This document shows, in pieces, positions 48,743 through 57,075 of a stretch of DNA of 64,000 nucleotides (position 1 is the first letter of the stretch; every line of letters starts with the position of its first letter). The notes beneath the pieces were generated by a model that searched no databases, was not told the origin of the DNA, and saw only the letters and a list, made by a program, of their open reading frames with translations. The DNA is taken from positions 6,343 to 70,342 of the forward strand of contig CACXGO010000002.1 in NCBI GenBank assembly GCA_902767245.1, written 5' to 3'. The position numbers and the translations under genes were made by a program. This stretch comes from an uncultured Erysipelotrichaceae bacterium. Its GTDB lineage: Bacteria; Bacillota_I; Bacilli_A; RF39; UBA660.

Positions 48743-49954
48743 ATGAATTTAAAAGAAAAGCTTGAAATACTTGCTGATAGTGCCAAGTATGATGCATCAT
48801 GTTCCTCTAGTGGAAGTACTAGAAATGATAAAGGGTTAGGTAATGTTGCATATTCAGGAATTTGTCATTCATTTGCAAACGATGGAAGATGTATTTCTCT
48901 TTTAAAAATTCTAATGACAAATGCCTGTATCTTTGATTGTAAATATTGTATTAATAGAAAAAGTAACAGTGTTAAAAGAGCTATTTTTACTCCTGAAGAA
49001 ATTTGTGAAATTACAATTAACTTTTATAAAAGAAATTATATAGAAGGTTTATTTTTAAGCTCTGGTATTATTAAAAATCCGGATTATACGATGTCTAAAA
49101 TAATTGAGACAATTTACCTGCTTCGAAATAAGTATCATTTTGCTGGTTATATTCACGCTAAAGCCATACCTGGTGCTAGTGACTATTTAATTAAAAAGTT
49201 AGGTAAACTTGTCGATAGAATGAGTGCTAATATTGAGCTTCCAAGGGACGATTCATTAAAATTACTTGCACCAGATAAAAAACCAGATAAAATTAGTTCA
49301 ATAATGCAAACTGTTAAAGATAACAGAAGTCGAAATTTTGCTCCAGCTGGTCAAAGTACCCAAATGATTATTGGTGCAAGTAAAGAAACAGATTTAGAAA
49401 TACTTTCAAAAAGCGAATCGCTTTATAATAGGTATTCTTTAAAAAGAGTTTTTTATTCAGCTTATATTCCGGTTAATAAAGATAAATTATTACCAAGCAT
49501 AGAAATTCCACCATTAGTACGTGAAAACAGACTTTATCAGGCCGATTGGCTTCTAAGATTCTATGGTTATAAAGTTGATAATTTGTTAGAAGAAAAAAAT
49601 CCCAACTTTAATATTTTACTTGATCCAAAAGCGGATTGGGCTTTAAGACATTTTGAAGAGTTTCCTAAAGAAATAAATAAATCAAGTTATTATGATTTAT
49701 TAAAAGTCCCAGGAATAGGTCCAAAATCTGCTAAAAAAATAATTTCATCAAGAAAAGTTTTTAAGATTGAATTTAATGATTTAAAAAAAATGAGTATTTC
49801 TCTTAAAAGAGCTAAATATTTTATTACTTGTAATGGCAAATTTTATATTAATATGGGTTTATTTCAAAAAAAGTTTGTAGAAAGCAGCTTATTATTAGAA
49901 ACTAAAAAAGATGTTTCAAATAATAAAGAACAACTAAGATTAACTTATGAGTAA
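48743..49954 (+). CDS. putative DNA modification/repair radical SAM protein (TIGR03916-like)
   Basis: LADSAKYDASCSSSGS, GICHSFANDGRCISLLKILMTNACIFDCKYCINR, RNYIEGLFLSSG and GYIHAKAIPG follow the family signature. ATG 48743 follows GGTGATGG. Confidence 0.8.
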   Translation: MNLKEKLEILADSAKYDASCSSSGSTRNDKGLGNVAYSGICHSFANDGRCISLLKILMTNACIFDCKYCINRKSNSVKRAIFTPEEICEITINFYKRNYIEGLFLSSGIIKNPDYTMSKIIETIYLLRNKYHFAGYIHAKAIPGASDYLIKKLGKLVDRMSANIELPRDDSLKLLAPDKKPDKISSIMQTVKDNRSRNFAPAGQSTQMIIGASKETDLEILSKSESLYNRYSLKRVFYSAYIPVNKDKLLPSIEIPPLVRENRLYQADWLLRFYGYKVDNLLEEKNPNFNILLDPKADWALRHFEEFPKEINKSSYYDLLKVPGIGPKSAKKIISSRKVFKIEFNDLKKMSISLKRAKYFITCNGKFYINMGLFQKKFVESSLLLETKKDVSNNKEQLRLTYE

Positions 49955-50684
49955 TATTTATTTGTATAATGGAGATTATTCATCATTGTTAAATTTAATA
50001 ATTGAACTTTTAAAACAAAAAATAAATCCAGATAATATAAAAAACTGTGATTATGAACCAAATTTGTTAGAACAAATAGTTAATTTAAAATTGGATAATA
50101 AAAACAATTTAAAGATTTTAAATAAAATGCCCAAGATCATTTTAAAAAGTATATATTATGTATATTTATCAAATAATGAAAATAAAGAATTGCTTATTTT
50201 TGAGTTTTTAAAATATGCCTTTAAATATAAGGAAGATGTATTTAGATATCGTAATATAGATAGCATCAATGAGGTTATAAAAATTATTAAATATGTTGGT
50301 TCAGAAGCTCACAAGTTAAAAGGATTTTTAAGATTTAAACAAGTTAAAAACTTTTATTATGCTGTTATTGAACCTACCAATAATGTTATTTCTATTTTAG
50401 CCACTCATTTTAAAAAACGTTTAAGTGAAGAATTATGGATTATATATGACAAAAAAAGAAATATATATGCTCTTTATGATTTAAAAAAAGTTATATATTT
50501 AAAAGAAAGTGAATTTAAATCACTTAATTTAGATCTTGATGAAAATGAAAAAAATATTGAAGAATTATGGAAAACATTTTTTAAAACAATTTCTATTAAA
50601 GAAAGAAAAAATTTGAAATGCCAAATGAATTTTATGCCAAAAAAATATTGGAAAAACATGCTTGAAATGGAGGATAGAATATGA
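49947..50684 (+). CDS. TIGR03915-like probable DNA metabolism protein (DUF4130)
   Basis: N-terminus IYLYNGDYSSLLNLI and E.HKLKGFLRF fit the family. It overlaps the radical SAM gene by 8 nt. Confidence 0.7.
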   Translation: MSNIYLYNGDYSSLLNLIIELLKQKINPDNIKNCDYEPNLLEQIVNLKLDNKNNLKILNKMPKIILKSIYYVYLSNNENKELLIFEFLKYAFKYKEDVFRYRNIDSINEVIKIIKYVGSEAHKLKGFLRFKQVKNFYYAVIEPTNNVISILATHFKKRLSEELWIIYDKKRNIYALYDLKKVIYLKESEFKSLNLDLDENEKNIEELWKTFFKTISIKERKNLKCQMNFMPKKYWKNMLEMEDRI

Positions 50685-52210
50685 AGAAGATTATAATGGG
50701 TGAAGAATTAAAAAAAACTATGGAAAATGGAATTCAATTAATAGCTAGTGCAGTTGGATCAACTTTAGGTCCTAAAGGGAATAATGTTTTAATTAATAAA
50801 TATGATACAAGTCCATTTATTACTAATGATGGTGTAACGATTGCATCATCGATAGAAAGTGATGATGCAAGTATTAATACTATCTTGGAAATAGTAAAAG
50901 AAGCATCATTAAAAACTAATGAATTAGTAGGTGACGGAACGACGACGACGATTGTTTTATTAGAAAATATTTTTAAAGAAGGTTTAAATGTAATTAGAAA
51001 TGGTAAAAATCCAATAGTTTTAAAAGAAGAATTGGATAAAACATTAGAAAGTATTTTAGAACTTATAGATAAATATAAGAAAAAACCAACCAAAGAAGAA
51101 TTAATAAATATTGCAAAAACATCATGTAATGATGACGAATTAGGAAAATTTTTGGCAGATATTTTTTTAGATGTAAAAAATAAATACGCAATCAAAATTG
51201 AAGAAAGTAGTACTGAAAAAACATATGTCAAAAAACAAAAAGGTTATATATTTGAATTAGATAATGTTTCTAATGCATATTTTCTTAATAGTAATGAGAT
51301 AGTTTTAAATGATACCAGTATATTGTTATTAAAAGGCTATTTGGATGATTTAGAAGTAATTAATGATTTTATTAATGAATCTTTAGTAAAAAATCAAAAT
51401 TTATTAATTCTAGCTGAAGATGTAAGTGAAGATGTAAAAAACCAAATTCTTTCTTACTATCTTGATTATCAAAAAAATATTTTTTTATTTTTATTACCAG
51501 ATTATATATCAAGGAAATATGCGGTTATTCAAGATCTTATGGCAATAAGTGGTGGTATATTTAAAAGTGTTATGGAATCGATTAGTTATGAAGATTTAGG
51601 TCGAGTTTCTAAAGTAGTAATAAATAAAGATAATATTGCTTTTTCATTTGAACGCAAAATTGATAAGTATGTAAATAAACTAAAAAAAGATTTTGAAGGA
51701 TTAAATGATTATGAAAAAGTATTTATGGCTCAAAGAATTGCTTCGTTAGATTTTGGTATAACAACAATTTATGTTGGTGCTATAACTAAAACAGAAATGA
51801 AAGAAAAGAAAATGCGCATTGAAGATGCAATTAATGCTTTAGACATTGCTAGTCGTGGAGTTTGTTTAGGAGCAGGCATTACATTTTTTAGAATATCTGA
51901 GGAAATAAAATGTGAAAATGATGGATATCAAATTATGATTAATTCTTTAAAGGTGCCAATGCAAAAAATTATGAATAATTGTGGTGAAGATTATGAAAAT
52001 TTAAAAAATGAAATTATTAAAACCAACTATCAAAAAATATATAATTGTAAATTGAGACAATTTGAAAACATCAATAACACAAATATTTTAGATCCTGCTG
52101 AAGTCTTAAAAACGGCTTTAAAGAATGCAGTATCGATAGCATCAATGTTACTTACGACTAATTATTTAATTATTAATGAAAAAAATGTTAAAATTGAAGA
52201 ATATATATAG
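50681..52210 (+). CDS. divergent Cpn60/GroEL-family chaperonin-like ATPase
   Basis: Collinear with GroEL: TLGPKGNNVLI, FITNDGVTIA, LVGDGTTTTIVL, KMRIEDAINAL, ILDPAEVLKTALKNAVSIASMLLTT. It lacks the GGM tail. GGAGGA SD, and the ATG overlaps the upstream stop (ATGA). Confidence 0.7.
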   Translation: MKKIIMGEELKKTMENGIQLIASAVGSTLGPKGNNVLINKYDTSPFITNDGVTIASSIESDDASINTILEIVKEASLKTNELVGDGTTTTIVLLENIFKEGLNVIRNGKNPIVLKEELDKTLESILELIDKYKKKPTKEELINIAKTSCNDDELGKFLADIFLDVKNKYAIKIEESSTEKTYVKKQKGYIFELDNVSNAYFLNSNEIVLNDTSILLLKGYLDDLEVINDFINESLVKNQNLLILAEDVSEDVKNQILSYYLDYQKNIFLFLLPDYISRKYAVIQDLMAISGGIFKSVMESISYEDLGRVSKVVINKDNIAFSFERKIDKYVNKLKKDFEGLNDYEKVFMAQRIASLDFGITTIYVGAITKTEMKEKKMRIEDAINALDIASRGVCLGAGITFFRISEEIKCENDGYQIMINSLKVPMQKIMNNCGEDYENLKNEIIKTNYQKIYNCKLRQFENINNTNILDPAEVLKTALKNAVSIASMLLTTNYLIINEKNVKIEEYI

Positions 52211-52229
52211 ACAATATTTTTGATATTTG

Positions 52230-52238
52230 TGATATAAT
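52230..52238 (+). promoter_or_regulatory. extended -10 promoter element TGATATAAT for ORF 52263
   Basis: TGnTATAAT lies 24 nt upstream of the ATG, preceded by TTTTTGATAT as at ORF 43065. Confidence 0.5.
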
Positions 52239-52262
52239 GTATCTTAATAAAGGAGTAAAAAA

Positions 52263-52997
52263 ATGCAAAAATTAAGAATTGATCAAGAAAAATTAATGCA
52301 AGTAATGTTTGATAAATTTGCTTTAATAAATGATAGCAAAAGAATTGAAGATTTAAATCCTAAAATAAATCAAGTACGCGAAAAATATACTGTTTTAAAT
52401 AGTATTGTTTTTTCAAATCCAAATGATAGAGAATATAGTTCCGTTGAATTTATTAGAAAATTTGATTTTAATGGTTGTAAATACATTGTTATTTGTAAAA
52501 ACATTTGGGAATATATATTTATTAATCTTAATACAGGTCAATGTTTAAGTAAATCAGAAATTTTAAAATCGTTTGATAAGATGTATTTAAAACATTTTTT
52601 TGGAATTTTTACGGATTTTAGATGTTTGCATTTTGATGGAAATATTAAAGCTTTAAATGATTTTTATGAAGCCAATAAAGAAATTTTTAGTTCAAAAAAT
52701 AATATTGATTATACAATCATGCTTGATGAAATAGCAAATATATTTGCTAATTTAAATATTGGATTAAATAATAATAAAACTCAAATATTAGTTAGAGCTC
52801 CAGGAAATAGATTTCTAAATTTACGCCTTATTTTTGATGAGAATCTTGAATTAATAGAATCAAACTATCCATTAAATCCAAGTAGTTATGCAGAAATAAA
52901 AGACATTAAGATTCCTTATGAAGTATTACCAAGTATTTTCTTAACTAGTGAACAGATTGAAAAAGGTAATAGAAAAAGACTTAGTTTATATGAATAA
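52263..52997 (+). CDS. hypothetical protein (orphan B), weakly similar to ORF 43065..43925
   Basis: 244-aa ORF with an AAAGGAG SD and no recognised motif. It ends 26 nt before tRNA-Ser. Confidence 0.55.
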   Translation: MQKLRIDQEKLMQVMFDKFALINDSKRIEDLNPKINQVREKYTVLNSIVFSNPNDREYSSVEFIRKFDFNGCKYIVICKNIWEYIFINLNTGQCLSKSEILKSFDKMYLKHFFGIFTDFRCLHFDGNIKALNDFYEANKEIFSSKNNIDYTIMLDEIANIFANLNIGLNNNKTQILVRAPGNRFLNLRLIFDENLELIESNYPLNPSSYAEIKDIKIPYEVLPSIFLTSEQIEKGNRKRLSLYE

Positions 52998-53023
52998 AAA
53001 AATCTTTACTATTATCTTATAGT

Positions 53024-53113
53024 GAAGAGTTATCGAAGTGGTTATAACGAGCTTGACTCGAAATCAAGTTGTCATTATGTGGCACGTGGGTTCGAATCCC
53101 ACACTCTTCGCCA
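53024..53113 (+). tRNA. tRNA-Ser (anticodon CGA), class II with long variable arm
   Basis: Acceptor GAAGAGT/ACTCTTC, anticodon stem-loop CTTGA-CTCGAAA-TCAAG, TPsiC GTGGGTTCGAATCCCAC, encoded CCA. Confidence 0.85.
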
Positions 53114-53120
53114 AAGTAAA

Positions 53121-53148
53121 AAAAACCGTTAATTTATAACGGTTTTTT
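53121..53148 (+). terminator. rho-independent terminator
   Basis: AACCGTTA..TAACGGTT followed by a T-run. Confidence 0.85.
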
Positions 53149-53250
53149 ATATTTGATATAACATATTAAAATAATAAATGAAATAATTAAGCAATTTATA
53201 ATTTGCTAAAAATATATTTTTTCATAAAATAAATCGAAAGTAGTGATAAT

Positions 53251-53580
53251 ATGAAAATTTTAATAAAATGTTGTGTTAAGAATGATTTGGCTTTTCATAC
53301 ATTTAAATTCAATATTTATGATTTAAATAATAATTTAATAATATCTTCCAAGACCGATAAATATGGTTGTTATACATGCGATTTACCTAAAAAACTTTAT
53401 AAGATTGTAATATATAGTAAAAATCTAATACCAAATAGAATGGTTGGCATATTAAATAAAGAAATTAATACCTTTTGTTTTATTAAAAATGATTCTATTG
53501 TTGTTACTTTAACTGATAGTAATTATTCAGGTTTAAAAATAGGAAGGGGGAAAATAATGTTATGGCAAAACCATATGTAA
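53251..53580 (+). CDS. small beta-rich hypothetical protein (CarboxypepD_reg-like pattern), no signal peptide
   Basis: FNIYDLNNNLIISSKTDKYGCYTCDLPKKLYKIVIYS fits a prealbumin-like strand pattern. Candidate promoter TTGCTA-16-TAAAAT at 53203-53230. Confidence 0.45.
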   Translation: MKILIKCCVKNDLAFHTFKFNIYDLNNNLIISSKTDKYGCYTCDLPKKLYKIVIYSKNLIPNRMVGILNKEINTFCFIKNDSIVVTLTDSNYSGLKIGRGKIMLWQNHM

Positions 53581-54098
53581 TAAATATTGTTAATGGTAGT
53601 GGAACTGAATCAATTTTGAACGGAACTTATAATGTTTCAGCCAATGTCTCAGGTTATAATAATGAATCAATATCACCATCTTCTGTTAATGTTCAAGCCG
53701 GAACTAATAATTATGCCTTTCAAATATCAGCAACCGGAACACTAACACTTCATGTAACAGAAACAGGTGAAGCAGGTGGAACACCAATAGTAGGAGCAAC
53801 ATTTGTAAGAACTGATGCATCTGGAACTACTTATGGTAATCCAATTACTACTGATAGTGAAGGTAATGCAGTATTTAATAATGTTCCATTTGCAGCTACA
53901 AATGCTCCATTAATATATTATAAGCAGACAGCTTCAGATGGTGAACATGAATTTGATGATAATGTTCAAAACACATCTTTAACTACAGATTCGCAGACAA
54001 TTCAAATAACTAATGCAACACCAGCAAGTAGAACTATTACTTTAACCGATGCTAATTATGCCAATTTACCAATTGATGGTGAATTAACTTTGAATTAA
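53562..54098 (+). CDS. Thr/Asn/Gly-rich beta-rich hypothetical protein with a SpaA/Cna-B-like segment, no signal peptide
   Basis: GTPIVGATFVRTDASGTTYGNPITTDSEGNAVFNNVPF resembles a prealbumin-fold domain. GGGGGA SD. It overlaps the previous ORF by 19 nt. Confidence 0.5.
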   Translation: MAKPYVINIVNGSGTESILNGTYNVSANVSGYNNESISPSSVNVQAGTNNYAFQISATGTLTLHVTETGEAGGTPIVGATFVRTDASGTTYGNPITTDSEGNAVFNNVPFAATNAPLIYYKQTASDGEHEFDDNVQNTSLTTDSQTIQITNATPASRTITLTDANYANLPIDGELTLN

Positions 54099-54121
54099 AG
54101 TCAGAATAACTGACTTTTTTT
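54099..54121 (+). terminator. rho-independent terminator
   Basis: AGTCAG-AATAA-CTGACT followed by T6. Confidence 0.8.
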
Positions 54122-54153
54122 CTTTTTTGTGGTATAATTTTTTTGGTGATATT

Positions 54154-54756
54154 ATGGAAATTTTGAAAAAGATTAAATCTTATACATTACTCGTGTCATT
54201 ATTATATTTTGTTATGGGTTTAATAATGCTTTTAAATCCAGGATTTATATTAGATGCAGTTAATTATATAGTCGGAATATTTATTCTTTTATATGGAGTA
54301 ATCTATATTATTAGGTTTTTTAGTAAAAATGATTTTAATACTTTAAGTAAATTTGGTTTAATTGCAGGTCTTATATGTATTACTTTTGGGATATATATTT
54401 TAATTAATCCAACTCTTTTATCATCAATTATTCCGTTTGCAGCAGGTTTACTTTTATTAGTAGATGGTTTAGGTAAATTGAAAGATTCAATTGCTTTTAA
54501 AAAAGTTAATTATCGCCGTTGGTGGATTGGACTTATTATTGCAATTTTGTTTGTTGGTTTTGGAATCTATATGTTAGTTAATGCATTTAATGTTTCAAAA
54601 GTTATCATTCAAATCATAGGTGCAATTTTAATAATTGATGCTTTAACAGATATTTGGGTATATTTTGGATATAAAAAATATTCACCAAACAAAGAAGTCA
54701 AAAAAGAAATTGAAAATATTAAAGAAGCAAACATAGTTGAAGTTAAAGAAAAATAG
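54154..54756 (+). CDS. HdeD/DUF308 family membrane protein
   Basis: Repeated pairs of TM helices with the G..M.(L/V)NP pattern. ATG 54154 follows GGTGAT. Confidence 0.55.
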   Translation: MEILKKIKSYTLLVSLLYFVMGLIMLLNPGFILDAVNYIVGIFILLYGVIYIIRFFSKNDFNTLSKFGLIAGLICITFGIYILINPTLLSSIIPFAAGLLLLVDGLGKLKDSIAFKKVNYRRWWIGLIIAILFVGFGIYMLVNAFNVSKVIIQIIGAILIIDALTDIWVYFGYKKYSPNKEVKKEIENIKEANIVEVKEK

Positions 54757-54776
54757 ATTTTTATAATCTATTTTTT
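54754..54776 (+). terminator. rho-independent terminator
   Basis: TAGATT..AATCTA followed by T6. Confidence 0.6.
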
Positions 54777-54818
54777 AAATTTTATGATATACTAATTGTG
54801 TGAATTAAGGAGGATTTT

Positions 54819-56012
54819 ATGAAATTATTATGTGTTAATGCAGGAAGTTCATCATTAAAGTTTCAATTATTTGAAATGCCTGAAGAAAAAGTAATAATCA
54901 GTGGTTATATTGAAAAAATTGGTTTTTCAGACTCTTTTTGGAATACAAAAATCAATGGTGAAAAAATTAGAGGCGAAAAATATTTAAGTAATCATACTGA
55001 AGCAGTTCAAGTGATGCTAGATGAAATATTAAAATATAAAGCTGTTGAAAGTCTAGATGAAATAAAAGGTGTTGGTCATCGTGTTTTACATGGTGGTGAA
55101 AAGTATTCTGATGCTGTATTAATCGATGATCAAGTTGTAAAAGATATTAAGGACTTAACTAAACTTGGGCCATTGCATCATCCAGGTAATTTAGCAGGTA
55201 TTACAGCAATGCAAAAAGCTTTACCAGGAGTACCTAATGTTGCAGTATTTGATACGGCATTTCATCAAACGATGCCACAAGTTAATTTTATGTACCCAGT
55301 ACCTTATGAATGGTATGAAAAATATGGTGTTAGAAAATATGGATTTCATGGGACTAGTCATAAGTATATAACTGAAACAATGAAGAATATGTTAGGTAAA
55401 GATAACGTTAACTTAATTATCTGTCATGTTGGTAGTGGGGCATCAATTAGTTGCATCAAAGATGGAAAATGTTATGATACAACAATGGGTTTAACTCCAT
55501 TAGATGGTTTAATGATGGGAACTAGATGTGGTTCTATTGATCCTTCTATTATTGAATATGTATGTAAAGAGTCTGGTAAATCTGTTTCTGAAATTACTAA
55601 TGATTTAAACAAAAAGAGTGGTTTACTTGGTATCTGTGGATATAATGATAATAGAGATGTTGAGAAAGCTATTGCTGCTGGTGATGAAAAAGCTAAGCTT
55701 GCTTTAGATATGTATGTTGATATTATTGATAGATTCATTGCTGAATACTATATTGAGCTAGATGGAAAAGTAGATGCTATGGTTATGACTGCAGGTGTAT
55801 TAGAAAACGGTAGTGAAACTAGAAAAGCTATACTTAATAAATTAAAGCCATTTGGCATTGAAGTAGACGAAGAAACTAATAGTAAGATTGCTGGATTTAA
55901 AGAAATTCATGAAGGTTTAATCACAACAGCAAATTCTAAAATACCAGTATATGTAATACCAACTAATGAAGAAATTATGATTATTAGAGATACCTATAAT
56001 TTGATAAAGTAG
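54819..56012 (+). CDS. ackA: acetate kinase
   Basis: VNAGSSSLKFQLF, GHRVLHGG, FDTAFHQTMP and FHGTSH motifs. Confidence 0.95.
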   Translation: MKLLCVNAGSSSLKFQLFEMPEEKVIISGYIEKIGFSDSFWNTKINGEKIRGEKYLSNHTEAVQVMLDEILKYKAVESLDEIKGVGHRVLHGGEKYSDAVLIDDQVVKDIKDLTKLGPLHHPGNLAGITAMQKALPGVPNVAVFDTAFHQTMPQVNFMYPVPYEWYEKYGVRKYGFHGTSHKYITETMKNMLGKDNVNLIICHVGSGASISCIKDGKCYDTTMGLTPLDGLMMGTRCGSIDPSIIEYVCKESGKSVSEITNDLNKKSGLLGICGYNDNRDVEKAIAAGDEKAKLALDMYVDIIDRFIAEYYIELDGKVDAMVMTAGVLENGSETRKAILNKLKPFGIEVDEETNSKIAGFKEIHEGLITTANSKIPVYVIPTNEEIMIIRDTYNLIK

Positions 56013-56025
56013 AAAAGGAATATTT

Positions 56026-56982
56026 ATGAATGTTTACAAAAGAATATATTCTAAAATAAAAAAATACGACAAAATTGTAATAGCTCGTCATGTAGGAGCA
56101 GATCCAGATGCATTATGTAGCCAAATTGCTTTAAGAGATAGTATTTTAAATACATTTCCAAGTAAAAAAGTATATGCAGTAGGATCTCCAGCAACCAAAT
56201 TTCGTTTTTTAGGTAATTTAGACAAAATAGATGAAAATATATATGAAAATAGTTTATTAATTGTTTTGGATGTACCAGATAAAAAAAGGGTTGATGGTGT
56301 AGATGTAGATAAATTTGAGTATAAAATTAAAATTGATCATCATCCAGTTGTAGATACATATTGTGATATTGAAAAAATTGATGATACATCAAGTAGTACT
56401 TGCCAGTTAATTCTTGAACTTTTATTTGCAACAAAATTGAAGCTTAATTTAGGAATAGCTAAAACTCTTTACTTAGGTATTGTTTCAGATACAAATAGAT
56501 TTTTATACTTCTATACAACATCTAAAACTTTTGAACTTGTGTCAAAAATGATGAAAGAAACAGGTTTAACAGTAGAGGGGATTTATGATGAACTTTACAT
56601 GAGGCCTTTAAAAGAGTTTAAGTTTCAAGGCTTTATTACTAATAATATGATAGTTACAGAAAACGGACTTGCATATATCAAAATAACTGATGAAACCTTA
56701 AAGGAATATGATGTTGATGCTGCAACTCCGGGGAATATGATTAACAATTTTAATTATGTTGACGAAGTACTTGTCTGGGTATTTATGAGTGAAGATAAAA
56801 ACAATAATTATATAAGAACATCTATTAGATCACGAGGACCAATTATTAATGAAGTTGCTTCTCATTATAATGGCGGTGGCCATATATATGCTTCAGGATG
56901 TCGTTTCAAAGATTTTGATGAAGCAGATGGTTTGATTAATGAATTAGATGAATTATGTAAAAGCTACAAAAAAGAAGATTAG
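56026..56982 (+). CDS. nrnA: DHH family phosphoesterase (NrnA-like oligoribonuclease/pAp phosphatase)
   Basis: IARHVGADPDALCS (DHH motifs I-II), IDHH, and DHHA1 GGGH near the C-terminus. Confidence 0.75.
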   Translation: MNVYKRIYSKIKKYDKIVIARHVGADPDALCSQIALRDSILNTFPSKKVYAVGSPATKFRFLGNLDKIDENIYENSLLIVLDVPDKKRVDGVDVDKFEYKIKIDHHPVVDTYCDIEKIDDTSSSTCQLILELLFATKLKLNLGIAKTLYLGIVSDTNRFLYFYTTSKTFELVSKMMKETGLTVEGIYDELYMRPLKEFKFQGFITNNMIVTENGLAYIKITDETLKEYDVDAATPGNMINNFNYVDEVLVWVFMSEDKNNNYIRTSIRSRGPIINEVASHYNGGGHIYASGCRFKDFDEADGLINELDELCKSYKKED

Positions 56983-56993
56983 TCTTCTTTTTT
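56972..56993 (+). terminator. rho-independent terminator
   Basis: AAGAAGA-TTAG-TCTTCTT followed by a T-run. Confidence 0.7.
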
Positions 56994-57075
56994 ATGTAAA
57001 CCAAAAGTATAATTTGTTGACTAAAAATATTCTTTTGTGTTATATTAATAATGTAAAAATAGAGGAGGAATTTAT

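Noticed and set aside
50734-51231. 165-aa minus-strand ORF inside the GroEL-like gene. Similar antisense ORFs occur at 24293..24658, 28521..28913, 9448..9723, 22803..23120 and 61391..61660.
   Set aside because: Each is antisense to a well-supported coding region. None has a recognisable motif or ribosome-binding site, so I treated them as shadow ORFs.
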